Shown: piece by piece, positions 24,325 through 40,100 of the stretch
Numbering within the stretch: the first letter of the stretch is position 1
Layout of the letters: every line of letters begins with the position of its first letter
Source of the DNA: Tubulanus polymorphus
Lineage: Eukaryota > Animalia > Nemertea
Reading direction: 5' to 3'
DNA: 64,000 bases
Assembly (NCBI RefSeq): GCF_964204645.1
Contig: NC_134025.1
Location: forward strand, 6,696,001 to 6,760,000
Program-made: the position numbers and the translations under genes
The notes under the pieces: generated by a model
Seen by the model: the letters and a program-made list of their open reading frames with translations, nothing else
The model's database searches: none
Told to the model about the DNA's origin: nothing

Positions 24325-26643
24325 TACTGATATAAATGTATCATGAAGGTAGAAGTGATGAGTTTCTACAGTGACATAACAGACTGTTTTAAAAGCCACA
24401 ATATGTACCGGAGCCATGCATGTGAGAATGAATACTTTGCGCATCTTCCTGTATCGACAACGCGTGGCATACTACATGGTTCGCTGGTTAAGAGCATTCC
24501 AGCAGGACACACCCCTCCTCATAGTACACAGTATATCACAGTTAACAAAGATAAAAATATCCAACAATACAAAAATAATGATATACCACAGTGGTTTAAA
24601 AATCAAAAGAACAAAATCAACTGATGCAAAATTTACAACAATGAAAACAATACTCGGTTAAAAAGAATTATGCTAATTTTGATTTGTACTTCATAAACAA
24701 ATAGATTTACAGCCAAACACGCGTTACAATCCAGGCTTCGAATGAAAGAATACTAAGCCCATAAGAACATGGGTAAAACTGTAAATTATGTTGTCATCAT
24801 GGAGAAACGGAGATGAAATTACGCGGTATTTCTTCCGTCAATCCTAGAGCTACTTAGCGAATGAATTCTCAGACGTAGCCTGGAGACATCCCCGTGAACA
24901 AGAGAATAAATGGTTGATCAGACGGAAAAGATAAATACGCTGTTTCAAATGTCATCGAACGACTAAAAAAAAAGCCATTTTTTGCGGGTAAGTAGCACAT
25001 GCACACAGCCACATTTTACAGATATACAAAATATGCAGTTTTGTACAAATGATGTAAGATGAGGTAGAATTCAAACTACTAGTTATTTCATCCGGATTAC
25101 AACTTTCACTCAAAAACCTCTCCACATTTTCCATATTTTGAATTTGATCTTAACATTCAATGATTTTACAATTGAATACACTGATCGATCAGTGTAGTTA
25201 CAGTTTGAAATTCCACCACATCCCCTCAACCTTTAACATTATTCAATAAATTTTTGATTCAGTTTAACTACGATTCAACTACTACGTATTCAGCTAACCC
25301 ATTTCCCTAGAAAATAAATGCATTTGCACAAAAATTTATCTTATATGTATTTATTGCAAGCAGGGTTATAATATGTACAGGTTGTTTATTATGGACAGTT
25401 TAACAAGCATTGAATTTGGTCTATCAAAAAACAATCAGTTAATGTTCACACAGTTGGTCTTCTTGGTTGAAAACAGTTGCCTAGAGCAGAATTTTGACTC
25501 TGTTTAAGATGTCTGAATATTGAATGTCAATGATCTATCACGACGAATCAAGCATGACAGACTGATCGATTCGAAGACCCAGTTCCACGGTTTCAAAGGG
25601 AATTTCAGTGATTCTTGTCTGAAAATTTTCCGACAGACTAAATTTCATTGCGTTCTGTGTGTTCCGAACACCTGATATACACATATACTATGATGATTAT
25701 TAGTACGCGCATTACATTTCAAACAGATTCATTTAATGATTTTGACAAATAGTTATGAATCAACTGACTACATATAATCAAATCTGTAATATATGATTTT
25801 AAAACACCAAGTTCCATCATCAGAGTTGGAATCATTTGATAATTAACATTAATTGATATCATTTTTGATTGATTATTTCGATGAATGTATTGATCTTTAC
25901 TCCATTAACCGGTACTAAAATCCCTCTATCATTGTGAAAAGCTAGGTTTGATGAAGTATATAATAATTAAATCATGACCATTCGAAGCTACGAATGGACA
26001 TATCCTTGATAATTATAACCAAATTGTCAAAAAATGTACAGAACTACGTTTTCTATAAATCCAAATACCTGGAAGGCATATAGCTGTGAATAAGTTAAAA
26101 TGTGATCATGAGATATATGAATCGTTGGTATAATAATCAGATATCATACGTAGAAATGACAAGTAATTAGTACAAATACCATTCATCCATTTTCTTAATA
26201 GTATGTTTTATCAACAAAACGATTATGACGATCGATTGATAGTATCAGGTATGTATAATCGTAATAATTACATTTTACGGTTGTTGATTTGCAATACAGT
26301 ATTACATGTACAAAGTTCACCAGGTTTTCGTAATACGGAACACATTAATATGCATCGATGATACAGATACCATGGCGTACATGTATACATCCGTATATTA
26401 TAGTTTCATACGTATATGTGTACATGTATAAGGTTATGTATGCTGAATTTACAAAAAAGGCAAATCGTATATCGTCTTAAAACTTCTTTGAAGCGTTTAT
26501 TTGGAGTATTTCAAAAGAGGAACCATCAGATGTGAGGCTGATGTTTTCAGTAATATAAGGAGTATGACTGAGAGTCCATTCATTGTATGCCAAAATATGT
26601 AAATGAAGCTTGTAAGCGTGCTACGTGACAACTGGAGCTGTCT

Positions 26644-29600
26644 TCACGTTGGACACAACACTGAAAGTGAAAATAGAGAAATTTAAAAACTAAATTAAAA
26701 TGCCCTAGTTGTTCGTTATAAATACTGGGTAGTAAGACGTTCAAACAAAGTAAGAATCAAATATCGTTTGGAATTGAGTCCACATTACTTATCACCTGTT
26801 GAGAGATAATTGGCCAATAAAATACATGCAGTGAAATCAATTAACTTCTCCGAAAGTTTTCATAAGAACATGCATTATCCCTCGGTCAGAATTTGTAATT
26901 AGAAGTATTAAAAAAAAGCAGATCGGCAAATGAACTAAATTGAATAGTGAAAGCACAGGTCCAGCGTGAAAACATCATGTTTCTATGATACAGCTACATC
27001 AATATTTGGCCCACATTTGATTAAAATATCTGATTAGAAACAACATTATAGTTTATTATATAGTTATACAATCAAACGCATCAATATTCCATACACTGAA
27101 TAATTGTGATTAATATGTTTTATATACACTTCTCATATATTCAGACGAATGTCTTCTAAGTTCTAGCTATGTTTCGACTGTTACATTTTTCAAGTGATTG
27201 TTTAGCAATCCAAGATGATTAAGATCTTACAAAACATACACTGATATACACACAATAAATTGATAATTTTGGTAATTTTTTCTTATTTTTTTTTACAGTT
27301 GTTGTAGTTTGTTGATCGTTTTCAGTTTATGTTGTCATGAACCAGGTTTTTACGGTTTGCTCGGGATAAGTAATATTTTTTTCAGCTGATGCCTGTGGGT
27401 TTCATCCAGTAGTTAGTAGTATGTGATAATACCTTTAAGAATGTAGTCCGTGAGCAGTGATGGTACTTGCTGACTGTCTTCATTTATGGCTTTTAAAACT
27501 GCAAGAAAATCGGAAAAATCTTTATTGCCTTTTATTTCAAAGTTTTACTGCAATATAAATTACCTTTTCATCTATAAATAGAAGTCATAAACAAGTGCTC
27601 GCTACCTTGGTATAGATATGCTTCTTCAAACAAAATGCTTGGTATGTTTTTTAGAAATGTACTTATATACAGGTTTTGTTTGAGACGAGGACGTGCCAAA
27701 AATCGAATTATCCAATTTCCAGGAATTCTGTAAACTCTATAGACTATTTACAAGGTTTTTTCTTCTAATTCAACAAACCTGGTTAGAAATTTCTATATAT
27801 CGCCTATGTATCGCATATGTGGAATTCTTTCCCCGAGTCAGTGCGCACGTTTTACTCGGAAGAATACTTACTTTTGATATAAATTAATAGCTGTGGTATG
27901 CTCGGTGTTCCTTGATTCACGTTATAGGGAATGACTGTAGTTAAGAACTGAAACATGGTAAAACATGGCGATTACTTTGGGATCGTAAATTTGAAAAGTG
28001 AAAACGCCTTTTCGAGAAGAAAATATCTTACTGTGGAGTTGTCTGTAGTTGTATTCCCGTTTCCAGATGTTGATTTATTTTTCTTAACAGTTTTCTTTTT
28101 GTCATGGTAACATTCTCGTCGTTTCTTCTGTATACTCAATAATAACGATATGAACTGATTTTTTAACTCTTTTTCGTATTCGAGTTCGTCGCGTAGCGCG
28201 AGTTCTTGTATGAGTATTTCTGAATATTCGCGAATTTCGCACTCCATCTCGTCGAGTAGTTCGTTTAAAGCACCAAGAGACAGCTTCTGTAGATCTGCAA
28301 ATATAGACAATTCAAACGACTGTAAATTGGAAAAAATGAGAGATTTTTCACCCACATAGTTTCGAGGAGCTCCTCGTACAGTTACGTAACAGACAGCTTG
28401 TTAATTATGTCGACGACGATACGAATTTTATACAGGAATTATGAACCCTGGATCTACTGCTGCCGGTCATAATTATCTCGATAACAAGAAAGAAAAAGCT
28501 TCCGTCGTCCGAATATTATCAGAATTCTGTCAGTTGTAGTTGAATCTTATAAGGGATGAGAAAAATTCTCGCGAGACGCAGAGAGAACGTAGATGGTTGA
28601 ATTACGCGTTAGTTTTAATCTTACTAGCGACATTATTCACCACCTGTCGATTATTATTCTCATATACGTCGGCAAGAAATATTCTTTCCACTTTTGAAAC
28701 CAAATTTCATGAAAATTGCCACCGTACACGCCCTTAATCAGTGAGGTAACCTCTAACCAGCGATTGAATACTATAGGTTTAGTTAACGAACCTCTGCATC
28801 AGTTTTTACGGGTAGTCAGTTTAACAAGCGATACAAAGGTAATCGAATTCATAACATACAGAGTTACACTGCACACATGTGTTACTGACCCAATCTCATC
28901 AATTCTATTTAGCGTAATGACGCGTAATAGATTTTTCTCCAATCGATCACCGGTGTCAAGGAAAGAAAGTATAGGCAGAACGTTCGGATACGGCGAGATT
29001 AAACGCGACACGGCCGGCGAAATGAAAGAAATTCTCTTGATTAGGAACGATGCGATGGGCAAAAGGCGTTTTCAGAATCGGCAGCCAGGTGGAGAGAGTT
29101 GCGATCACATCTGTCAGATAGCGAACATATCTTTGACAAATGGATGCCCCACCGTAAAAATCAGAGGCTCTGATGCCAGACACGTATACATCCGATCAGA
29201 CATCATCGATCTCGTATATATCACATAGCCCCCGAAACAATGTCATGGGCATATCTCGTTTGTCGTGTTGGATGCGTTTGAAAAAAAAACCCCGGCGAAA
29301 CATAGGACATCCATTAGCGCAAATGCTATCATAGGCCGGAAAAGATTAGGCAGATTAATATAATTTATCTTTCGATAACAAAGAAACGGCGTCAACTGTT
29401 GCGGCGTTATAAGTAAGATTCATGTTCGCGCAACTTGAGTTCTGCAAAACAGTAGATTACGCAGCTGAGTAATGGATAGCGCAGCGTTAATTCAAATCAT
29501 ACAATAACGATGAAATGCTTTCGAAAACTGGGAATCACTCATCGATATTCACGGGGGGGGGGGGGGGGGTTCTATATACGATCCCGAGACTATCCAGGAA

Positions 29601-31067
29601 AATATCAGTCGACCACAGTTATCGTTGTACGCCGCAAATTGAGGAATTTTCCACTGAATTATTCACTGACAACTCAAACAGACAACTCCCTCGACAATCT
29701 CAAAAACAAACGTGTCCTATGTCCAAGGTCGATACCGAAGCTGAAATGCTTCTCAGTCTCATAGCAGATGTCATTAACATCATTCTCAAACAATTGGCTA
29801 GGGATACGTGTAACAAATAGTTGAGATTGTTGCCGCGAAAATGGGGTTAGCCACTAGAGAATGAAGTGAAACAGTCATGAATTTACTTTCCAGGGGCTTG
29901 TAGACATTATTATGCCCTGTAAATGTGCAGTATTGAGACCACTCATTAGCGGGGTATATCTAATTTGTCTCGGTTAACCAGTGGATATCCAAACGCAGTA
30001 ATTCGTTATATGGTAGTCAATCGACACTATTCAGTTAACAGTAAGAAGGCTAGCCTGACAAGCTCTTCCGCATTCGTAAAAACTTCTCTTAAATATCGAA
30101 TTATTGATGATAACTATGTTGTGGGTGTATGTTACTACTCAGTTATCAGCATCTACACCGCACGAAATTGACAAATGGAAAAATCCCCTGATGACAGAAA
30201 TGTGTCGATATTGATACCAAGAACAGAGTGGAAAAGAATGGGAAGGAGATTTTTATATCTCGGGAAAGTCATCAGGTTGTTGGCATAATTGTAAAGGGTT
30301 TATCAATTTAGGATTCCAGGTGAGTTATTGCCTGGTTTCCATCAGGACCGAGCTAAAACTCTGCCCTAGTGTCTGTTGACTGAAATCGAATCCTAGTCTT
30401 CATTTCACGATAAACGACGAGGCAAATTGGCTAGTATTTCACTCAATTTCCAATAAGACGCAAGATAAAATTGGAATCTTGAACGAGGGATGAGAATCTG
30501 TGGCTTTAGTTCGCTTATCATCATACAGATGGCGTTGTACCGGTTAATTCAATAACTACATGTATTTCGATTTGTTGCTTTGGGATGATTCTATTTTCTT
30601 CGCAGTTGAAAATGTATGACAGTTCTCTCGTCGCGCTACAAACGTTGACGATAATGTTTTCCGGAAAAATCGATCAATGACACTTATACATAAGCATATG
30701 CCAAGCATTATAATATCTCGTGCATCATAGGCGTAGTGATGTAACTGAATCTACACGTCTTACTACATGATTTATACAAATACACATGACTATATACGAT
30801 ACAAATGACAGATCATAATAATAAATTTCATTTAGGAAACTACAGAAATATTCCTCGATCGATACGATCAACAAATGAAACTGGTTTAAGTCCGTCGGGG
30901 AAAAAATGGCTTTCTGTTCTTCGATTGTGTAAAATCTTTCGCTAAGTGAACTCTTGTATCAGACAGTTCAATGTTTAGATTTCCTCCTTTCCAGTGTCGT
31001 GAACGCTGCCTTCTTTCTGCTCGGCTCAACTCAACAATCAACCGGAGAATCATGAATTAGTAATGAC

Positions 31068-31119
<52 letters not shown>

Positions 31120-34100
31120 GAGGCCGGAGAAACATGGCTAGCATTGATAAACAAATGCATTTTTATAGGAAACTTTCACCGAGGAAATGAAAGAATTGAG
31201 TATATTTAGTTCTGCTTCGTCTAACAGCCCCACGTCTAAAGAATGATATACAATAACTACGAATGAAAAAATTGCGACTGAGCAATAATTTGCAAGAAGC
31301 AATACATAAAATCACATGATATAGATAGACATTGATAGCAGAAATCTTTGAAACTACGAACAGGGAGTGGAGGACGAAACACAATACAGTTTCACTGAAA
31401 GCGCAACATTTCGAGCTACAAAAGCCTGTTTACCTTTGACAAAGCTGCAATTTTGAAGATGGCTGTTTACCAATTTGGCGTATTCTGCAAAGAGAATAGT
31501 TGATGAATACACCAAAGACCCGGCAGAAAAAAAAAACGAACACATTATCAAACTTTCCGAAGCGTCGGTCAAGGCTTTATTTAAAATAACTTGCATAATA
31601 TGAGCGAACAGCAAGCACAAGCATCTACACGATCCATAGCGAAAATACTCGCACAAATTCATCGAACTGAAACTCAACATCATCAAGCGCATGCCATCAA
31701 CTACAATTATTCATTGCTGCTTAATTGTTGCTTATACTCAGGTGTAACTGTTCACTTATTGATCGTTCGAGTCCCTTCAACTTCAATTGTCATAAAGAAC
31801 AAACGTGATAATTATGTGATAGACAGTGATGAGTTTAATTAATCAATTATTCATTTCAATTAATAATCGAAATAGCATAATTAGCCCGACTAAACCATGT
31901 CAATCACCGGCCAATTCTGACGAGTCCGGGACAAATTTTATTAGATGACTCATCTCAGATGTTGTTGCCATGACAACTCGTGTCTCATCTATAAATGCTG
32001 CGGCTCTCGTAGCGAGGCAGCGGGGAATTGGCTTCGGTCTGATGGATCGATATAACGTCAGAATTCTACTATACGCTAAAACGAACTCGCGAAGATTACC
32101 GACAAAAATGAACCTAAATTCTTTCGATTTCCTCGGGCAACCGTTCAAATTCATCTTCCCGTCATATAGGGTAATTTTACACTCGTCCAACCCACGCGAA
32201 CGAAACATATAACCATGGTAACAAGTGCATCGCAGTCGCGGGTTTATATCATTAATAAACAATATTTGATTATATAATGCATTCAGCAGCCGACAGGCAG
32301 ACTCTTTTTATAAAGCCCTACAACTGTAGAGCACTTACAACGTATCATCAAAAATAGTTCGTAAAATGATATAAAATCAAATATGAATAGCAGACAATAC
32401 GTTGGACTTGAAAATGAACGCATTCTCAACGCTTTTCAATCTAATTATATGCGCTTAGTAGAATTAGTCATTACTGATGTATCATTACGAAATCTGGGGA
32501 AAACAACATCAAAAAGAGCTCTAAAAAACCCAGACTAGTCGTAACAAATCGAACATGCTTTCATGTAGTATGTGACATGTCGTGAGAGTGAGTGAGTGGA
32601 CCATCGACGCTATGAGTCATGTGTTGCAGAATGATTCAACAAGTCTCTCTTCTCATACTCCTCTCTACCGCTGATACTGTCATCCTCGTCTCGGTCGATT
32701 GCTAAATGGCAAAAATTCAACTTTTATATGCCACTCTCTAAACTGAGACTGAAGATATGTCACAAAACCTGTCGCAACCATTCCACTTTATCATACGAAT
32801 CTCTGTTTTTAAATGTAAATTCATCAAATATGTTGCGATCTACGGTATAAGAAAGTACAGGCAAGGTCCGTGATAACACCATCCTTTTCAATGCCACTGC
32901 CTGCCTTAACGCCATCATTTTTCAGAAAAAAATTTGCTCAAGCTAACTTAAATTCAACGAAAATATCATTCTTCATATAACGCCAAATTTGTTTTAATGC
33001 CACGTTCTTCATAGGTCCCAACAGAGTCATTATAAAAGACTTTTCTGTACTCACTCATTTTATTTTACTTTGCCTCTATCTATAAATAGGTCACTCACTA
33101 ATTTCAAGTAATAAACATATATTTTTCCGCTATGGACATTTTTCTACAAGGACAAATCCGGATACTAGGAGCGTCGAGTTGGGATGCTTAATTAGTAACT
33201 GTCTGGATGTACGAATCCTCAGAGGTGTAAAGATCAGCAGCACCCCGATATGGCTCACGCGATATTCGTAATTACATCTTCATCACTTTGCAATGCCCGA
33301 AAAAAAACAGCGAACGTGCTGCGATTGATAATTCAAAATGATGACGTCGATAAAATCATTGAACTGTCGATCTCTTGCAGTTCATCAGTTCTGCAGTTAG
33401 GACTACAACAGGACTGTAGTCCATGCGTTTTAGAGTCCATGGTCAAACTAATCAACTTGTTGCAGAAATGGTTCATCCACACAACCTGGTCTTCATATTA
33501 CTTTACACATATACACTAACACTCATATCTCTGCCGTAGTAGAATTCATGCATTTTTTATGAATGTCAATTCATCCCTTCTATCGATAAAATCTATTAAT
33601 GATTAATTCAAGCTCGTTTTAGAAACAGAAGAAACAAATATCAAAAGAGAATCTATTTCCGTATACGGTGCTTATTGGTTTGAAACTACGGAGATAGCGT
33701 TACTTCGGCTCGATCCATCGTGGTTTCTTTCATTTCGTCGATGGATTAACCATCATTGTAAAATCTCTAAATATAGAGCTACGATCTTAAGCCGTTCATC
33801 TGATACTGTTACAGTTAGATAATTAGAAGAAAACGATGCTGGAAATGTATGCATAATGAATGCAAAAGATCTCCATGAAACAGCATTAATTCATCTATAA
33901 AGTTAAACTGAACTCGGGAGTTCTACGATCCATTCCTATCCGTCAACTCGCATTCTAGTAAACTAATTTTTTTATCCCGATAACTTCCATTCTGTCAACT
34001 TCCAATTGTATATCCCTAACATTTCTCATAATCACACACCCCATCTCTTATCTAAAACTGTACAGTGTGGCCACTTTCTGCCAATTTACAAATTCCCTGA

Positions 34101-37100
34101 GTTTACCCCCAATATTTCCATGTTGTAAAACACAAAATTCCCTGAGTGAATCGAAGGAATTTTTTTAGTTTAAAATCTTACGATTTCATCATTTTTTAAA
34201 AGAAATTTGTATGGTTAAAGAATCGCGTGGTCGATAACATATCCAAATTACCTGAATTTTCCAGGTTTTGCAGGTCAGTGGCCATCCTGCTGTAGTAAAT
34301 GACATCCATAAAGAAATCATATAAAGGTGCATAAGTCTCGAGATTTGAAGTTGGGGTACACTGATTGAAGAAGTTGACGGAATGGAAGTCGCTCGACTCA
34401 GAAACATTACTTACTTTCTTCGTTATAACTTGAATTTGATTCGGCGTGTTTTTCTTTAAAATGTAATAATTCACTGGAAGTAGGTGATAACATATCCGTA
34501 TCTGAGGGAGTCAGACCAACAGATGGAGAATCCTGAAAAAACATTTAAAAAAAAACAAATCATTATGAAATTCAGCATTCATTCCAATGACAGGTTTTCC
34601 GATATAACGGATATACCATTCATGAAAAAGGGTACCAAGTCTGGATGTCAAAACCTGAAAAGGTCATGGCATCCTTTATGACCATCAAATTCATTTTGGC
34701 ATGATGGAAACATGAAGTACATGGCTTTTTATACATAAAATGAACATAAATGAAGGGAATTAGAGACAGTCGGAGAACTTTTTTCAAGGTGGATGGTGCT
34801 GTAGATATACAACGCAGGCTCCATTCGCCAATTTATCAAAGAAGTTAAATATGTGATAAAAGATAGATATCAGCTCTGTGCGCGTGCGTTGTTCATCTCA
34901 GTAAATCATTGTAGAATGGTGTTTGTAGAGATTGAAATCGGTAGATGTCAGTGATTCGGTGGTGAAAAATGGTGGATTTCGACTGCTTAATTGTCATTAA
35001 CGATGTCATTAACTATGTCCATATTTGTCTAAGCAGTTCAGCCAACGTTTTCTGCTAATAAGTGTGGTGTGCATAATACAAAGAAGGGTATACGGTTCAT
35101 AAGATTACCGCCAACAGATCAGATTTTTTGCATTTTTTGAAAATCTGAAACACGAATGTTTTTCCCGTCATCTTAAAACCGGGGCATGACGAGAATTCTT
35201 GATGCGTTCATTCAGCAAGGCGAAGACGCCGACATGTCAACACCAGCCAACGATACATGAAATTACAAACGAAACTCGGGCGATTACAGAATTGTTGTTA
35301 TCAACGCGCAAAACATGCCGTGAATATTAACACAGCGTCGTCCCGGTTCGGGCACTGATATGATTTATTCCCAGGTATCCGCGCTAACAAATTTACAGCG
35401 AGGCCCGCAGATCGTGGAAGGTCGTTTCCAACTGCTTCCAACTTTCATGCCAAAATACTAGCAACATATATGCATAATCCTTCGCGGCGCATATTTTGAT
35501 CAAGGCTAAAGTACTTATTCCATTAGACATTGTTGGAAAGAAATTGCATTGGCTTTTTCATCAGATATCCATTTCGTCCGCTCCAGTGGCTAATTTGGCT
35601 GTAATTGCATGGAGATGAAGCAGCTTACGCTTATACTAAAAAATCTAAATAGAAGACAGTATGAGATCGAAATAATGGCAAGAAAACCTGCATACTTATA
35701 CACAACGATAACAACAAAAAAGATAAAATAATGACATCTTTAAGATTTGAATCTTTCTTATTCGGTGATAATAACATTAAATCTGGCACTTGGCCACATT
35801 TTCCATTACCACCTTCGGAAATCTCATCAAACAAAAGAATATCAACAGCGCGGGATATGCAAGAATAAGAGCGAAGACAAGAAACAAATCTTCAGTAACT
35901 CGGGACCACCGAATCAATCAACGCAGATACTGGTAGGTCGATTCTTCATCTCAGCAATCCCTAATCCATCAAGAGATGAGATAATGAAACCACTCGATTC
36001 ATTAAGTCTCTTTGTTGCAAATATCAATCGCACAAAGCCAACTCGTCAAATCAAAACGGAACGTATCCAAAAAAAAAGTTTCATTCCACAAATCTAGTCG
36101 GCTCCAGATGAGCGGACGAAAATCCAGAATTGCCAGCTTTTCGCCGATAAACTCTTCGCGACGCGAGTACGGATAAAGACAACAAACTGTTCCGTCACTG
36201 TCATCATCTTCTCTTCCGAGGAAAATAGCTTTAATCACAAGTTAATGACTGCACTTCACCACAATTAATCAATCAATCAACACCGCAGACGTTGAACCTC
36301 ATTCCATCAGCACATACTCCAACTGATTCTTAAGTGATTAGACGACGGAATTTGAGAAAAAATCTAAACAGCATGAAAAACACGGAAAAATCAGATCATT
36401 TTCGCATGAGCGATTTTTATTTCCCCATTTTGGGCGTTCTTCCTTGAACTTGCTCAGTACAGCGGCGAATAAACAGTCCACTTCAAGCCGCATGTAGCTA
36501 ATTGCATTGAAGTTGAAAACTTGAAAGCAAAAAGTTGTAGCCGACGTCGTGCCGATAATGTCACGGCTAGAAAACGGGAGTGCTCTAATTAGGGATTCAT
36601 GTGCGATCAGATGACAGTTTCAACTATCTGTACTTATGTCACAGATCGGCGTCACGCGATTTCATCATGCAATCAAAGCAAAACTAACTGATCAGATGAA
36701 ACTGCGAGCTAAAATCAAGACGAGTTAAATGACGGCGTAGATTTTTTTCTACCGATTCAAATATCAAATGTCATTATACAGCGTAACCTCGTTATATAAC
36801 CACCACCTCTATCAGTTATAATAATCCCAGAATTTCATCCCAAACAGGATAATTGGATTCTACCAACTTTTAGTTATAAAAACGAACATATTTCCTGGTC
36901 CCCTGAAGTTCGTTGTAACAAGGTTCTCTCGATGAGGACAAAATACGGATTACAAAAATTCAAAGAAACCTGTTTCTTGTTTCTATTTTTGCTCAAAAAC
37001 GAACATCAATAATCTTTCTTTCTGGATATAAGCCGCGATCACATGAGTGTTTAATTTCCAAATTAGGCCCGGGCCACACGGATGGCCCGTGCCTGTCCAA

Positions 37101-40100
37101 AAACGTCGGACCAGGCCCAGGCCAAATTTTCGCATGGGTCAAATTATTGAAGTGTGAATAGCAACTGTTTCTCTGGAAGTGACTCACTTCACTTTGTCAT
37201 AGTGTTATTCAGTATTAAAACAAGTGAATGGTTTACATGTGAAGGCATGCTCCAAGCACGACCAAATATGACTCAGGCATGATCTGCGCAAATTTGGCCC
37301 GGGCCAAATCATCTCCGGGTGACACAGCTATAGATTGGTCCCATGAAAAACAAAGAATGACTCAACCTGGAATCGCTGTAATATCATTTCAATGGCGCCA
37401 GTGATTCTGTATAGACATAATAGAATGATCGGTCACCTAGGTGAAGTAATATCAGATTTACCTTCATCAACATCATTATTATTCATAGCTGTACCTGCTT
37501 CAACTGTATAACGCGTACGAACGCTGCTGAAATGCACTTCCTTCAATTGACTTTTACATGATTTCGGAAACGCGATGAAGAGAGGTCTTCGATCATTCAA
37601 CAACACGTAACGCCAAGCAAAAAACGCTTTCGTTTCGCTTTACTAAATTCGGCGCGCGGCCGAAAAACTTTCCCAAAAAATTCGAATCCGATTTATTCGA
37701 ACGAGTCGACTTACTACCGCGTGACGCGTCAGAGAATTCGGCAACAAACATGCGGTTGCTATAGTTACCGGACGTATTTCAGCTCCGTAAAAAATTTCAT
37801 TAGTTATGAGAAAGAGGGATAAGAAGACTGTCACGACGGTTAAGCCATAGAAAGATAGGCTTCGGGCACTTCCGGCTACAAGGTGGAATTTTTAGCCGCT
37901 ACATTACGGCGGTGAACCCCTGAGGCGATCTCTTCGTCTCTTCTTACATTTAAACATGCAGATCGAGGTTCATTTGAGAAATTGTCACGAAACACGAACA
38001 AAGAAGTCGATGAATAATCTCATAATGTTGATATTTCAAAGTCTATTTATCTCCGACAGTTTTGAGATTCATATCTAAATTCCATCATCAGTAATAGTTC
38101 GATTACTGCTTCTCTGATTTGGATAATCCTCAATAGGATTTGGATAATCCTCAAAATCGGTCGGATAGATAAACTTTGAATCATCAAAATTGATGGATTA
38201 TGCATTATTGATAGGAAAGTGAATTTGGGAATGAAAAGAATATCGTAAGCATCTTAAGGCTAAGTTATTCACGTCACTTATGATAAAACTAAGTCAGGTA
38301 TCAGCAAATCTAATCACTTCAGATCAGATTTTGACTGTGTTTTTCTATAATAATATTAACATCAACTAAAGTGATTGTTTATGTCTGCTGCCTATGGGAC
38401 ACCTTTTATTGACACGGGGAAAATATAATAATGTGATGAACAAGGATAATTTACGCGTCTACCTGTGTTAATGCAAGTTTGATACAGGTGGATTGTCACT
38501 TACTAGAAAATCAATTCATAACAGAAGTCATAAGTCAAGTAAGATCCCCTTCTACAAGTACTGAGTGAAAACCTTTGCATGTGTAAATGAAATAAAGAGT
38601 CTAAACCACCTGGTGTATGTATATAAAGAAGAGGAATATATCACACATGTAAAACATCTTTAAGCAGTTCGTTTTTCACTTAAAAGAAAATGAAAACCAC
38701 AAGTCTGGATAATCATTTCAAACAATGCGCTACAAGAAACACCTGACTGAACCAGTTTTACTTTTTTAAGGAAACGAAGAAAAAAATCATTCAACCTTCA
38801 CACGCTGATTGAGTAAATACCTCCAAGGAAAAGGTAAAAAACGTATATAGGCTTGAATCGAATAGGCTTGAAGCAGAATTGACAGGAACTAAACAACTCA
38901 ATATCATAAATGTGATAGTTGTTGTTGAGATATAGCAAGGTCAATTCGAAGATGAGATATGGGGATGAAGATATGATACATCGGAAAATGTATGTTATGT
39001 ATGAGTTACCATCATTCAATTCTGAGAATGATCGTTGAAAGCATTCAGCAATGATAGAGAAAATCACTGATTCGTCATCGTGTTTACATTACTACAAATT
39101 CAACAAGAGTCTACATAATGCAAATCATTAATTGCGGCGCACAGCAGGGAGAACTGATAAAAACGACTCGATGTTGTGATTTCCGCGGTCCAGCGATTTG
39201 ATACGAATTAACTCGCGTTCAAGCGAAAAGAAAAGAAATCACCAATTTCTAATATCTGAAACTACTGTTTCTGGACTACAGACAACACTGTGTCTATACA
39301 TCAAGCATCTCAGGACTGGACTACAAACAACTGTGTCTCTACATCAAGCATCTCAGGACTGGACTACAGACAACTGTGTCTATACATCAAGCATCTCAGG
39401 ACTGGACTACAGACAACTGTGTCTTTACATCAAGCATCTCAGGACTGGACTACAGACAACTGTGTCTTTACATCAAGCATCTCAGGACTGGACTACAGAC
39501 AACTGTCTTTACATCAAGCATCTCAGGACTGGACTACAGACAACTGTGTCATTACATCAAGCATCTCAGGACTGGACAAGAGACAACTGTGTCTTTACAT
39601 CAAGCATCTCAGGACTGGACTACAGACAACAGTGTCTATACATCAAGCATCTCGGGACACTGCTACTGCAATGTAATACCTTTCCTTCATTCCATGATAT
39701 CATAAATATCACGATACAGTGAGGATTTCTTCATAAACTTGCACATATAAAAGACATCCTCTTTATGTATTTTTGCTAATTTGTATACATTATGATACCA
39801 TGGAATGCTAAAAGTTGGTTAGTGTAATCGGTCCGCCGAGAATGCCACCGTTTAGAACCGTTTATTTGGGTGTAACGAACCACCGGGCTCAAGATGAAAT
39901 CAACATGCCATCAACATACACGGCTGATCGTCTTATTATTATTAATCCACAAGAGCGATTGATCTTTGAACTATGAGGTGATAGATATATAATGACTCGT
40001 AATATGTCAGCAGTATCGAGCCACATATTACATATATCTACTACTGTAGATATTACACCTACGTAACATCGATACTTGCCAATAACCTATTAGAATATAA

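Noticed and set aside
26500-26646. Open frame of ~48 codons after the FEZ stop (readthrough?)
   Set aside because: The stop context is TGA-A, not a leaky context, and VLCPT* is the conserved family C-terminus.
30180-30290. CTGATGA motifs as hammerhead ribozyme cores
   Set aside because: No stem II followed by GAAA and no compatible stems I/III.
28716-32262. Several 100-170-aa ORFs in the FEZ intron (nested genes?)
   Set aside because: Mostly non-ATG starts, no recognisable domains and no consistent splice structure.
39198-39722. Three overlapping repetitive ORFs; CRISPR-like periodicity
   Set aside because: Pure 43-bp tandem repeat with no unique spacers; the ORFs are an artefact of the repeat.
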